Source: a virus. Taken from it: 64,000 nt of DNA. The position numbers and the translations under genes were made by a program. The stretch lies in the IMG/VR virus record IMGVR_UViG_3300045988_097913. One strand, 5' to 3'. A model generated the notes under the pieces. That model ran no database searches. It saw only the letters and a program-made list of their open reading frames with translations, and was not told the DNA's origin. Below are positions 47,818 through 56,472 of this stretch, one piece after another (within the stretch, counting starts at the first letter, position 1; each line of letters starts with the position of its first letter).

Positions 47818-48342
47818 TTATTCAATATTAAAATTCTTTGTGCTATCATCATAAGAAAAATTATTAATAACTAAATTTCCATCTTTAAATACAGCACTTG
47901 TAGATGGAGTATTTAGAACTTCTTCAAGCATTTCTCTAAATTCTTCTTCCGTTGCAGCACCCAGCTTGCTGTCTACATATTCAATAGAAGCATAGTCGTC
48001 CAAGTCTACTTCCGCAGACGGATAGTGATATTTTCCGAATACACCAGCGACTTTTACATCAGTAGCGTTTTCTACTTGAAATTTAACGTGATAGCATCCA
48101 GCTATATGGACAAAATAATTTCCAGCAGAAGTAATATTTGGAGAAGTTTTCATTGTCTCTTCATTTAAAACTTGCAGTTGAAAATATTCGCCAGAACGAG
48201 GATTGATTTGCCCATATACAGTAATTGTGCAATCTTTATCAATTTGGAGGCTTAGTGAAGAACTTAGCCCACAATATAGAGATTCACCGTGATAACTATT
48301 AGCAATATCATCAAAGTGAAAAATCTCGACTTTTTCAGACAT
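47818..48342 (-). CDS. Hypothetical protein
   Basis: ORF. Confidence 0.5.
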   Translation of the reverse strand: MSEKVEIFHFDDIANSYHGESLYCGLSSSLSLQIDKDCTITVYGQINPRSGEYFQLQVLNEETMKTSPNITSAGNYFVHIAGCYHVKFQVENATDVKVAGVFGKYHYPSAEVDLDDYASIEYVDSKLGAATEEEFREMLEEVLNTPSTSAVFKDGNLVINNFSYDDSTKNFNIE

Positions 48343-48371
48343 TCTTTAGCCTCCTTCTATAATTTTAATAA

Positions 48372-48665
48372 TTAAAACCAAAATACATCCGCAAAAGACC
48401 GTAGTACATCATTAAGATGAATTGGCTTGTCAATCGTAGTATGATAAGAACCGTACTTCTTTACAAACTCATCAACTAGCTTGCAATACTCGTCGTACTT
48501 TTTAAACACTTCGTCGTGAGCTTTCTGAACCTTATCGGCATCAGCCTTGCGTTCAGCTTTCTTCTTAGCTTCTTCATCATTTTTTTGAGCCAAAGCTTTT
48601 TCAGCCTTTTCTAGTTCTTCTTGTGATTCAAATAGCTTGTGACATACATCAGAATAAAAACGCAT
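48372..48665 (-). CDS. Lys/Glu-rich hypothetical protein
   Basis: ORF. Confidence 0.5.
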   Translation of the reverse strand: MRFYSDVCHKLFESQEELEKAEKALAQKNDEEAKKKAERKADADKVQKAHDEVFKKYDEYCKLVDEFVKKYGSYHTTIDKPIHLNDVLRSFADVFWF

Positions 48666-48698
48666 AACAGAAAATCCTCTTTTTCTTTATTTAAATTT

Positions 48699-48722
48699 AA
48701 CAGAGAATCCTATTTCTCTGTT
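48699..48722 (-). terminator. Hairpin directly 3' of the tRNA-like element
   Basis: 9-bp stem AACAGAGAA/TTCTCTGTT. The trailing tract is A/U mixed. Confidence 0.35.
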
Positions 48723-48724
48723 AT

Positions 48725-48800
48725 TGGTTCCGGGTCGTAGAATCCAACTACGCCGTCACAGTTTATGAGACTGGTTAGTACAGCAGCACTATCACCCGGT
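48725..48800 (-). tRNA. tRNA-like cloverleaf, anticodon CAU, encoded CCA, non-canonical D/T loops
   Basis: Exactly 76 nt. Acceptor ACCGGGU/ACCCGGA (6 bp plus an A.A 1:72 mismatch). D stem UAGU/ACUA. Anticodon stem 4 bp with loop CUCAUAA. T stem CGUAG/CUACG. 3' ACCA. It lacks U8, A14, G18G19 and C56. Confidence 0.5.
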
Positions 48801-48944
48801 TTATATAAGGTATACTTTAATCGGTATACCAGCGATATCAATATAAAGCTCCACGCTTCTGTTTCTAGGCGGTGGATTACCCGCTTATAACGCTTCGCAC
48901 TTAATATTGGTGGCGAAACACCAGTATAACAATCTTTGGTTAAA

Positions 48945-49214
48945 TCACTTTACGGCTTCCTTGAGAGCCTTGGAGGGCTTAAAGGAAACCTTCTTGTGAG
49001 CAGGGACAGTCATCATCTCGCCGGTCTGTAGATTACGAGCGGTACGCTCTGCAACATCAGTTAGAGAAACAGTAACATCCATAATCTTGAAGGACTCTCC
49101 ATCCTTTAGTGCTTCTAGCAGAACAGGCTCAGCAGCAGCTAGAAAAGCCTTAATATCCTTCTGAGTGTACTCAGTCTTGTCAGCAATCATCTTAATAATA
49201 GCAGTAGAAGTCAT
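48945..49214 (-). CDS. HU/IHF-family DNA-binding protein
   Basis: RTARNLQTGEMMTVPAHKKVSFKPSKALKEAV beta-arm signature. 89 aa. Confidence 0.8.
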   Translation of the reverse strand: MTSTAIIKMIADKTEYTQKDIKAFLAAAEPVLLEALKDGESFKIMDVTVSLTDVAERTARNLQTGEMMTVPAHKKVSFKPSKALKEAVK

Positions 49215-49281
49215 AATAAAAATTCCCTTTCATTCCTTATAGCACATAGCTGTTTATATAATATAATTTAAGAATATAGTT

Positions 49282-49758
49282 TTAAGCTATATTCTTTTTT
49301 GACTCAATTAGATTTTTCTTCTCAGCCTTTTCATTAACAGCGGCTTGTAGTTCTGCAACGTGCTTTGCGCATTCGCAATCACTGTCCTGAGAATGAGTGG
49401 CGTGTAGATACTCAAGAGCATTCTGAGGTTTGATACCAGCGTTTTGTAGCGCCATCAGTTGACCAGCCACAAAGCTCATCGACTTAATGCCTTTGTTAAA
49501 TTCTTCTGCATCAAATTCAGAATCAATAACATTCTCTAGGTTAAATCCAATAACAGGGTCTACAATATCGCCAATGTCATCATCATCGTCATCATCGCAA
49601 CACTGACAACCATCGCAATCATTAATATCTTCATCGTCGAAACAACCTTCATCAGCCAGCTTATAGAATAGCTGAACTAGTTGTTCCTTTGTCATATCTT
49701 CCACAGAAATTGTTTCAGTCTTTTCAATATCTTGAGTATTTTTAGTAGTATTATTCAA
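49282..49758 (-). CDS. Highly acidic Asp/Cys-rich protein
   Basis: CFDDEDINDCDGCQCCDDDDDDDIGDIVD. TTG start after GATTGAAAGGGAT. Confidence 0.5.
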   Translation of the reverse strand: MNNTTKNTQDIEKTETISVEDMTKEQLVQLFYKLADEGCFDDEDINDCDGCQCCDDDDDDDIGDIVDPVIGFNLENVIDSEFDAEEFNKGIKSMSFVAGQLMALQNAGIKPQNALEYLHATHSQDSDCECAKHVAELQAAVNEKAEKKNLIESKKNIA

Positions 49759-49805
49759 ATACTTATCCCTTTCAATCCCTTGGGCGAGAGTTTATCCTCG
49801 CTTGC

Positions 49806-50429
49806 TCAAAGCACCTTATCTGCAATACCGCATTTAACAGCTTCATCTGGGTAAAAGAAAACATCTCGTTTGTGCTTAACCCAGTCATCTAGCTGCTCAT
49901 CTGGAATATGAGTATATTTCTTAATAATATCGAACATTTGCTTTTGGCACTTCTTTAGGTTTTCCATAGATTCTTCTAGGTCTTTTACTTTACCGCCCAT
50001 CATCGTAGAAATATCGTGCAGCATAAATTGTGCATGACGATAAGAGTAACGATTTGAACCAGTAATAAAAATAATGAAACCCATACTAGCAGCAGTACCG
50101 ATAGCGGTTGTGTTGATAGTGTAACCCATGTCTTTCATCTGTTCAATCAGAGAAACTAGAATGAGACCATCCCATACAGAGCCACCCGGAGTATTTAGAA
50201 GAATATCAATAGGTTTTGGATTCTTCTCTGTACCCTCTTCTATATCCAAGTCCATAAGTGTATATAGATAATAGATGGCTTCCGTAACGGATTCATTCAT
50301 AATTTCTTGATTAATCAGAATCTTACGCTGATAAATTGCTAGATTTTTCTTGATGGAGTTATTGCCAGATAGTAGAATCTGCTGCTCTACCATTTCTCCA
50401 TCATTACGAATTGGAGTTTTATAATTCAT
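49806..50429 (-). CDS. clpP: ClpP-family serine protease
   Basis: LNTPGGSVWDG and GTAASMGFIIF (Ser), FMLHD (His). 207 aa. Confidence 0.8.
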   Translation of the reverse strand: MNYKTPIRNDGEMVEQQILLSGNNSIKKNLAIYQRKILINQEIMNESVTEAIYYLYTLMDLDIEEGTEKNPKPIDILLNTPGGSVWDGLILVSLIEQMKDMGYTINTTAIGTAASMGFIIFITGSNRYSYRHAQFMLHDISTMMGGKVKDLEESMENLKKCQKQMFDIIKKYTHIPDEQLDDWVKHKRDVFFYPDEAVKCGIADKVL

Positions 50430-50450
50430 TCTACAATTCCTCCAATCGTA

Positions 50451-50627
50451 TTAGTATTCCTTTTTGCGATTTAGAAATGCAAGAATCTTACGGTCTTCCA
50501 CTACATAATAGTCTTTTTGTGAACTATGCTTCTTACGGTTAGTGACGGTATAATTACGCTCACTACCCTCTTTGATTAGACCAACCTTGCGTAGCGCTTC
50601 CATATCAGAGCGAGAAATCTTAATCAT
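50451..50627 (-). CDS. Small basic protein (58 aa, below ORF-track cutoff)
   Basis: SD AAAAGGAAAATA before the ATG. Reads MIKISRSDMEALRKVGLIKEG.. Confidence 0.4.
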   Translation of the reverse strand: MIKISRSDMEALRKVGLIKEGSERNYTVTNRKKHSSQKDYYVVEDRKILAFLNRKKEY

Positions 50628-50680
50628 TATTTTCCTTTTAATTCACTTGGGCGGTTGTTTAATTCCGCTTGCTCATAAAT

Positions 50681-50710
50681 AAAAAAACAGACCAGCGAAA
50701 TACTGGTCTG
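50681..50710 (-). terminator. Rho-independent terminator
   Basis: 8-bp stem CAGACCAG/CTGGTCTG, followed by U7 on the minus strand. Confidence 0.7.
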
Positions 50711-50805
50711 CGAATAGGAACTTTCTATGTTTCCCTATTCATTTAGAGAAAATGTGCAAGAAGTCTGAAAAGTGGCTTCATTCCTATGTTTTTTGAAAAT
50801 TCTTG

Positions 50806-51555
50806 TTATGACGTTTTGGAATCTCTGTATTTTTTGCTTGCAATTCTATAGCTTTCAAGCAAATGCTGTTTAGCGCACTTTTCACAATAATCAACATTAA
50901 AAGATGTTACGGGAACAAGTCTTCCGCAATCTTTGCAAATAGAAAATTTCCCTTCACCGATATAATTCCAATAATAATTCATTATATTATGCTTATCACG
51001 AATCACAATAACAGGCTCAGAAGTATACTGAATATTTAGAGCGGGATAAACAATCTCGGTCTTATTCTCTCCCTTGAAGTTCGTATACTTGACATATCCA
51101 AGTTCTTTCAACTCGTGATATGCTGGATAAAGACTATTCGGATAAATTCTCTTTACGCAAAGTCTGTTGATGTCTTTTGCTTCTGCTTCAAACTCATTCT
51201 CGCCAGAAGCCTTACGGATATACAACATAGCGAACAAAACTTTTCTTGCGGTCTTATTCTTTAGCTGTTTAATAATATCCATTTCTTCTTTGTAAAAATA
51301 TACTGGCTCATTATCCATAAGTTCAAAAGAATCAAACCCAGACATAATATCCCTTAAAGATTTTTCCTTGAACTTGTCGGTAAAACAACCATCTAATTTA
51401 AAGAGAATCGTTTTAATCTTTTCTTGCGTCTCTTCTCTGTTAAGACCATTTGTTTTATAGAACCTAGCGAGAAGAATACCATCTGTCATAATATCCGTTG
51501 AGAATTTTTGCTTCTCGTCTATCTCGGCAGCTCTTTCGTATTCATTAAAAATCAT
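50806..51555 (-). CDS. Hypothetical protein with a C-terminal zinc ribbon
   Basis: CKDCG..CEKC. Coupled to the RNA polymerase gene (ATGA). Confidence 0.5.
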   Translation of the reverse strand: MIFNEYERAAEIDEKQKFSTDIMTDGILLARFYKTNGLNREETQEKIKTILFKLDGCFTDKFKEKSLRDIMSGFDSFELMDNEPVYFYKEEMDIIKQLKNKTARKVLFAMLYIRKASGENEFEAEAKDINRLCVKRIYPNSLYPAYHELKELGYVKYTNFKGENKTEIVYPALNIQYTSEPVIVIRDKHNIMNYYWNYIGEGKFSICKDCGRLVPVTSFNVDYCEKCAKQHLLESYRIASKKYRDSKTS

Positions 51556-52703
51556 TTAGCTACCTCCTGTAAAACAAACTTCTTACCAAAAAACTCTTGA
51601 CCATCTTCGGACTCCACAATCTTATAATAGTGGTCTGAATTATTTTTGACATTATTTAGAACAACATCTGAGTATAGTTCCCAAAGAAGAGATTTATCGG
51701 CAGACTTGCATTGTTCATAATAAACATAAATAATATAATCAACAAGTTCTTCTTCGTTGGATAGAATATTTATAAGTTCGTTCTTGTAATAATCAAAGAA
51801 ACCGTCAAAGAAAGATTCTCTGTCAGAACCGAGAGTATTAGTATCCTCAATACCCCAATCACGGTCATGACCAATCTTCTTTAGAAGAATAGGATAATTA
51901 TGCTGGAACTTATGAATGACATCTTGAATTTGCTTGCAGATATTCTTCTTAAATTCTCTGTCTTTGTTAGACATTAGGCAAGAATAGTCAAAATACTTAC
52001 TAGATTTATTCTCTTTAAATTCATAATCTTCTACATATCTAGCCAAATTATTCATCGTGCAGTTAGAGTTAAACAGAGGTATATACTTGTAATAATTACG
52101 CAGGAATTGCTTTTCTTCTACTGTTTTATCTTGTTTTTGCTTTAGGTCTTTTAGTTTACAACCAAAATTTTTACGGCAAAGGTCTCCTTGTTTTTTCTTA
52201 TAATGCTTGAGTCTTGCCATTTCTTTTGGATAAACATAACCAAAAAAGTAGGTTTTCTTGTCACAGCAAATACTGTTGTTAAATTTGATTTCTTCGTTTT
52301 GTTTTTGAATCTCTTGTTTCTGTTCATCAGTCATATCATCAGTAATTTGGATATATTTTTGGCGATGTGACCAATATTTATTTGGTGGAGTATAAACTGC
52401 TCCTTTAGCGTGGTCGATAGCTTGACCCTGATAAAAACGAAGCATCCTAATACGTTTTTCAATTTCAGTATACTCTTTAGAATCTTTTGGAAACGAATCT
52501 TTCATTGCATAAAGATTGCTTGCAAGATTCGTAATGCCTCCAATAGGACTGTCGAAACTCTTTACATCAAAAGAACCTAAATTATCAAAATTGATTTTTT
52601 GAGCCTTCACTTTCTGTTTTTCATAGGTGATAATTGGTAAATCTGGATTGATTGCGTTTACCAAATATTCATTATCAGAAGTAAGGCTGATATCGCCGTC
52701 AAA
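51552..52703 (-). CDS. YonO/RdRp-like single-subunit RNA polymerase, exon 2
   Basis: The frame is open upstream of the tracked start: FDGDISLTSDNEYLVNAINPD.. Confidence 0.7.
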   Translation of the reverse strand, partial: FDGDISLTSDNEYLVNAINPDLPIITYEKQKVKAQKINFDNLGSFDVKSFDSPIGGITNLASNLYAMKDSFPKDSKEYTEIEKRIRMLRFYQGQAIDHAKGAVYTPPNKYWSHRQKYIQITDDMTDEQKQEIQKQNEEIKFNNSICCDKKTYFFGYVYPKEMARLKHYKKKQGDLCRKNFGCKLKDLKQKQDKTVEEKQFLRNYYKYIPLFNSNCTMNNLARYVEDYEFKENKSSKYFDYSCLMSNKDREFKKNICKQIQDVIHKFQHNYPILLKKIGHDRDWGIEDTNTLGSDRESFFDGFFDYYKNELINILSNEEELVDYIIYVYYEQCKSADKSLLWELYSDVVLNNVKNNSDHYYKIVESEDGQEFFGKKFVLQEVAK

Positions 52704-53626
52704 CCTTTATACCGTAGCTTTCGCTATACTTTAACAAGCTTTATCTCAAGCTTCGGAGTAGACTATCTCTTCATCCTTTAAGGATGTGTGGCACTACGAA
52801 ATAATGAATTTCACATTAAATCTCTTATCGTATAAATACGAACCTTAGTCGTTACACCTTGCACTCTAAATGCCTTGGCACGGTATTTTCGTATAGTAAT
52901 TTATATAAAAATCAGATATATTTGAAATAGCACCCACAATACGGCTTGCCAGACCTTGCTCTAGTTGCAATTGCGCTTCTAGCATTTGCTAAACTCCCCT
53001 TTGAGATTCCAGAGTCTATCAAATATTGCGCTGCATCAGTTACATATTTAAATCTGATTTCTTTTTGTCCAATAATTATCATGACGGGTCTAGCCATCCC
53101 ATTATCAAGCCCACAATGTTTTGTTTTCTCCTTGAGTTCTGGATGCTCTTTATAGGTTTTCCTCAGAACGTCTCCGTTTTGATAATTTGGATTAGAACTT
53201 CCCGGCATACTTCTATACCCGTCTGCCGCAATATTGCATATACACTGTTCAATATTTTTATAGAATTTGACAAGGAGTGCTTCTTTTTCTAAAGACTCTT
53301 GTTCTGTTAAGTTATTTATCAAGATGAATGGATAAACTTCGTGATTCAACAAGTAATTATTAAATAAGCTATTTCTTCTTGTTCTGTCACATTCAGAATA
53401 TCTCTTTCCCTTCCCTTGACCAATGTATATCATTTCTCCACTGTCTATATCTTGCCATCCATAAACATAATATTCACTCACGCTCTCACCTCCAATCCTT
53501 TTAATAATATAAAACTTAATTACTACTTAGATTTTTACCGTTAGCCTAATTAAATTAGACACCCTAGATTTCTAGGTTCACCACATTCTATAAATGTATT
53601 ACTACATTCTCGGACAATCAGACTTT
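52704..53626 (-). mobile_element. Group I intron with a GIY-YIG endonuclease ORF
   Basis: Exon CGGAU pairs with guide GUCCG (U.G). S-like GAAGAGAUAGUCUAC at 52758-52776. Ends ..AAAGG. Exons sum to 2823 nt (941 codons). Confidence 0.8.
52912..53481 (-). CDS. GIY-YIG homing endonuclease
   Basis: YVYGW..EMIYIGQGKGKRYSE..R..N..E module. Confidence 0.8.
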   Translation of the reverse strand: MSEYYVYGWQDIDSGEMIYIGQGKGKRYSECDRTRRNSLFNNYLLNHEVYPFILINNLTEQESLEKEALLVKFYKNIEQCICNIAADGYRSMPGSSNPNYQNGDVLRKTYKEHPELKEKTKHCGLDNGMARPVMIIIGQKEIRFKYVTDAAQYLIDSGISKGSLANARSAIATRARSGKPYCGCYFKYI

Positions 53627-55297
53627 ATCCGCATCAGATTGACTAATAATTGTCAAATCCCAAATACTATATACGTTTCCCCACTCCAAATACCCAAACC
53701 AATCCTTACATTTATCATCAGAATAAACATTAAGTAACTGATTCTCAGCAGGGGCAACTAGAGGACTACGTTGAGTGCTTACAACCTTTGCTCCTTTATC
53801 TACCCAGCGTTTTGAATACATACATTTTGGAGGTAGTAATCCGTGTACCTCCATGCCAAATGCGTGTTCACACATAGCATACAAATCTGGAATCAAAAAA
53901 TCATAAGAACCCTCAACATAAACTTTACCAATTTTTGCTTGGTCTATCTTTTTACGAACTAGACGCATTACTTTACTTTTAGCATAACTATCATTTAATA
54001 TATCCGTATTATATAATAGACATTTAGCGATTGGAGACTCAAGGCTGTTCTCTATCTGCTCTAGTGTATCTCTGTCATGACATCCAACCATCATAAAAGA
54101 AGCATAAAGTGGGTCGCATGACATTACTTTCTGAAGCCAATCAATGGTAGGATTTGCTAGGCTCTTAATTGACTCTTCTGTAAAATCGTTGCTCTGAATA
54201 TATTGGTAATTTAGGGTGCTAAGTTGGTTTGATACTTTCTTAGATACTCTTGCTACACCAAACACATGACCATAACGCTTAAAGTAACTTTGATAGACTT
54301 GAAAATTAGGGTAACATTTATGAAGTTTGAACATTGATGAACCAGCTATAACGTCAATTTCATCAATATTATATGTTACCCCATAAATGTCTGTAATCGT
54401 ATCTTTATGTGCTATTTCATGAGCAAAACGTCTAAAATCAAAAATTGAGCAGAGACCTTTAAACCACGCAGCTCTCACAATAAAACTAGATGGTAAATAG
54501 TCAAGTTCTAAGTCTTGTTGCCATCTCTTAGCCATTTCAGGACAAACCATACCAGCGCCGTCGAAAGCATTCATTGTAAAATCAATTTTTTCGGTTCTGA
54601 TATCGTCTTCGCCTTTTTCATTTTTGAAAATCCAATCAACAATTTGGTCTTTCAAAGGATATTCATAATCGTCAATAACGCAAATTCTTGGTGTCTTAAC
54701 AACTCTGGTGGCAGAAGTGGACAACGCAAGATAAGCTCCGAATTTAGCGAGGTTAATCTTGCCTATGCTTTTTGCATCAAGACCACAAAGCATAATATTG
54801 AGTAACTGGTCATAAATTTCTGCATTTACAAAGTTGGCAGAGTTCTTTCTTAACTGACCAGCCCCAGCACATAAACGCTTATACTTTGTTATATACTCTG
54901 TCTCATTCACTTTAAATTTAACAGAGAATCCAGTCTTGCATAGCTGTTTATAATCCTTCTGCGTTGTGTCAGTTCTAACTGTCACAAGGTCTGGAACAAA
55001 TAGCAGTTCATTGATTTCGTTCTGAATCTTTGTAATTTCTCTTGCGTTCCTCTTAGAACTCTTGTCTTGCTTTAAAATATTACGCCTATCATAAAGAGTT
55101 TGAACCTTTTCTTTATCAAAAGGTTTATCCTTAATCTGACGAATAAATCTTAGTAGTTGATTATCACCAAGAGCAACCACCCAACCAGCATTCTTCGCTG
55201 TTTTAAAATCGGTTTCGACACAACCATTTTTTGCAATTTGTTCGTAAATATCAGACGTGTTTAATTTCAGAGTATAGAATAGGTCAATTTTTGACAA
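53627..55297 (-). CDS. YonO/RdRp-like single-subunit RNA polymerase, exon 1
   Basis: VVSTQRSPLVAPAENQLLNV (RNP-x-LHPGD-like motif) lies ~40 aa before ..SQSDAD at the exon end. Confidence 0.7.
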
Positions 55298-55299
55298 AC

Positions 55300-55491
55300 T
55301 TACACCTTACCCTTTCTTGATTTATAATTAACGCAGTCTTCATATTCCGTAATACGATGTCCGTCATACCAACACGAAAAAATAGACTCTCTATGTTTGA
55401 TACCATAAGCATCAAAATATTCATCTAAAATCTTACTGGCTTCTGTTGGGAAATACTTACAAGCAGCATCGCATCTATGACACTTACTCAT
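55300..55491 (-). CDS. Small Cys-rich protein
   Basis: 63-aa ORF with SD AAAGGAGG. Confidence 0.5.
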   Translation of the reverse strand: MSKCHRCDAACKYFPTEASKILDEYFDAYGIKHRESIFSCWYDGHRITEYEDCVNYKSRKGKV

Positions 55492-55514
55492 TCGCAGACC
55501 TCCTTTCTTTTAAT

Positions 55515-55543
55515 TATTTTATCAAATTTAACAGGAAAAGTCA
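55515..55543 (-). promoter_or_regulatory. Leftward promoter TTGACT-17-TAAAAT
   Basis: -35 at 55538-55543 and -10 at 55515-55520 (minus strand). Confidence 0.55.
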
Positions 55544-55556
55544 AGGCTTTATTAAA

Positions 55557-55575
55557 ACTGTAATATTTTTGTAAC
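55557..55575. promoter_or_regulatory. 19-bp GGTTACAAAA-N3-TTACA site, copy 1 (leftward orientation)
   Basis: Minus strand reads GGTTACAAAAATATTACAG, 13 bp upstream of the leftward -35. Confidence 0.5.
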
Positions 55576-55585
55576 CAATTATAGT

Positions 55586-55614
55586 CTTGCAATTTAACAA
55601 GAATTATGATATAA
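55586..55614 (+). promoter_or_regulatory. Rightward promoter-like TTGCAA-17-TATAAT
   Basis: Good consensus match, but it points into the AT tract. Confidence 0.35.
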
Positions 55615-55664
55615 TACTCTGAAGTTGGCGGCTTCATCCTCAAATCGACGGAACTTAATCCAGA

Positions 55665-55948
55665 GATTAATAATGAAAATAATATAAATATATTATTATT
55701 AGTATATATATTATATAATTAATAATAATAATATATATAAATTATTATATTATATATAATTATTAATATTAATATAAAATAATTATTATAATATTTATTA
55801 TTTATATTATTATATATTATAAATAATAATATATAATAATAACTATATAATGTATATTTATATTTAATTATTTATATTATATTTATAAATATAATATTTA
55901 TTTAATATATATATATATATATATATATTATAATATAATAATATATAA
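55665..55948. repeat. 284-bp tract with 4 G/C only (98.6% A+T), includes (TA)n runs
   Basis: Counted by eye. G/C occur only at 55674, 55701, 55842 and 55851. Confidence 0.85.
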
Positions 55949-55979
55949 CAGATAGTTCATCTTAACAGAAATGTGTAAA

Positions 55980-55998
55980 GGTTACAAAATTATTACAA
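55980..55998. promoter_or_regulatory. 19-bp site, copy 2
   Basis: GGTTACAAAATTATTACAA, 14 bp upstream of the -35. Confidence 0.5.
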
Positions 55999-56012
55999 TC
56001 ACATAAAACCTA

Positions 56013-56041
56013 TTGACAAATATTTTTCTTGAGTATAATAT
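56013..56041 (+). promoter_or_regulatory. Rightward promoter TTGACA-17-TAATAT
   Basis: -35 at 56013-56018. A TATAAT is also present at a 15-bp spacing. Confidence 0.55.
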
Positions 56042-56078
56042 TACATAGAACAACAGATGATGGGTAAATATATGCAAT

Positions 56079-56097
56079 GGTTACAAAACTGTTACAA
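56079..56097. promoter_or_regulatory. 19-bp site, copy 3
   Basis: GGTTACAAAACTGTTACAA, 14 bp upstream of the -35. Confidence 0.5.
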
Positions 56098-56111
56098 GTG
56101 TAATTTGCATA

Positions 56112-56140
56112 TTGACAAAATCATTCTGTTTTGATATAAT
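56112..56140 (+). promoter_or_regulatory. Rightward promoter TTGACA-17-TATAAT (perfect consensus)
   Basis: -35 at 56112-56117 and -10 at 56135-56140. Confidence 0.65.
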
Positions 56141-56222
56141 ACTTGTAGAAGGTCAGAAAGGAAGTCGGGAGCCTAACTGATTTTCTTCGAGTATTTATTT
56201 CTTGTTAAATTGAAAGGAGCTG

Positions 56223-56441
56223 GTGCTATTGTCGTTTGATAGTCGTTTGTTTTACTCAGTAGAATTTTCAGACAAGGGCCGTGAACTGAATGAAGATATT
56301 TCTCAGGAAGCGTATCGGCTAAGTAAAATTCTAAGTGAGCTTCCAAAGGGTAAGAGTAAGCAACTTGCATTTGAAAAGCTCAAAGAATGTACTATGTGGG
56401 CGAATGTTGCACTAGCTCAACAAGAATTAAAAGAAGATTAA
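56223..56441 (+). CDS. Small early protein
   Basis: SD GAAAGGAG before a GTG start. 72 aa. Confidence 0.5.
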   Translation: MLLSFDSRLFYSVEFSDKGRELNEDISQEAYRLSKILSELPKGKSKQLAFEKLKECTMWANVALAQQELKED

Positions 56442-56472
56442 TTATCTGTTAAATTTTAGAAAGGCTGGTTGC

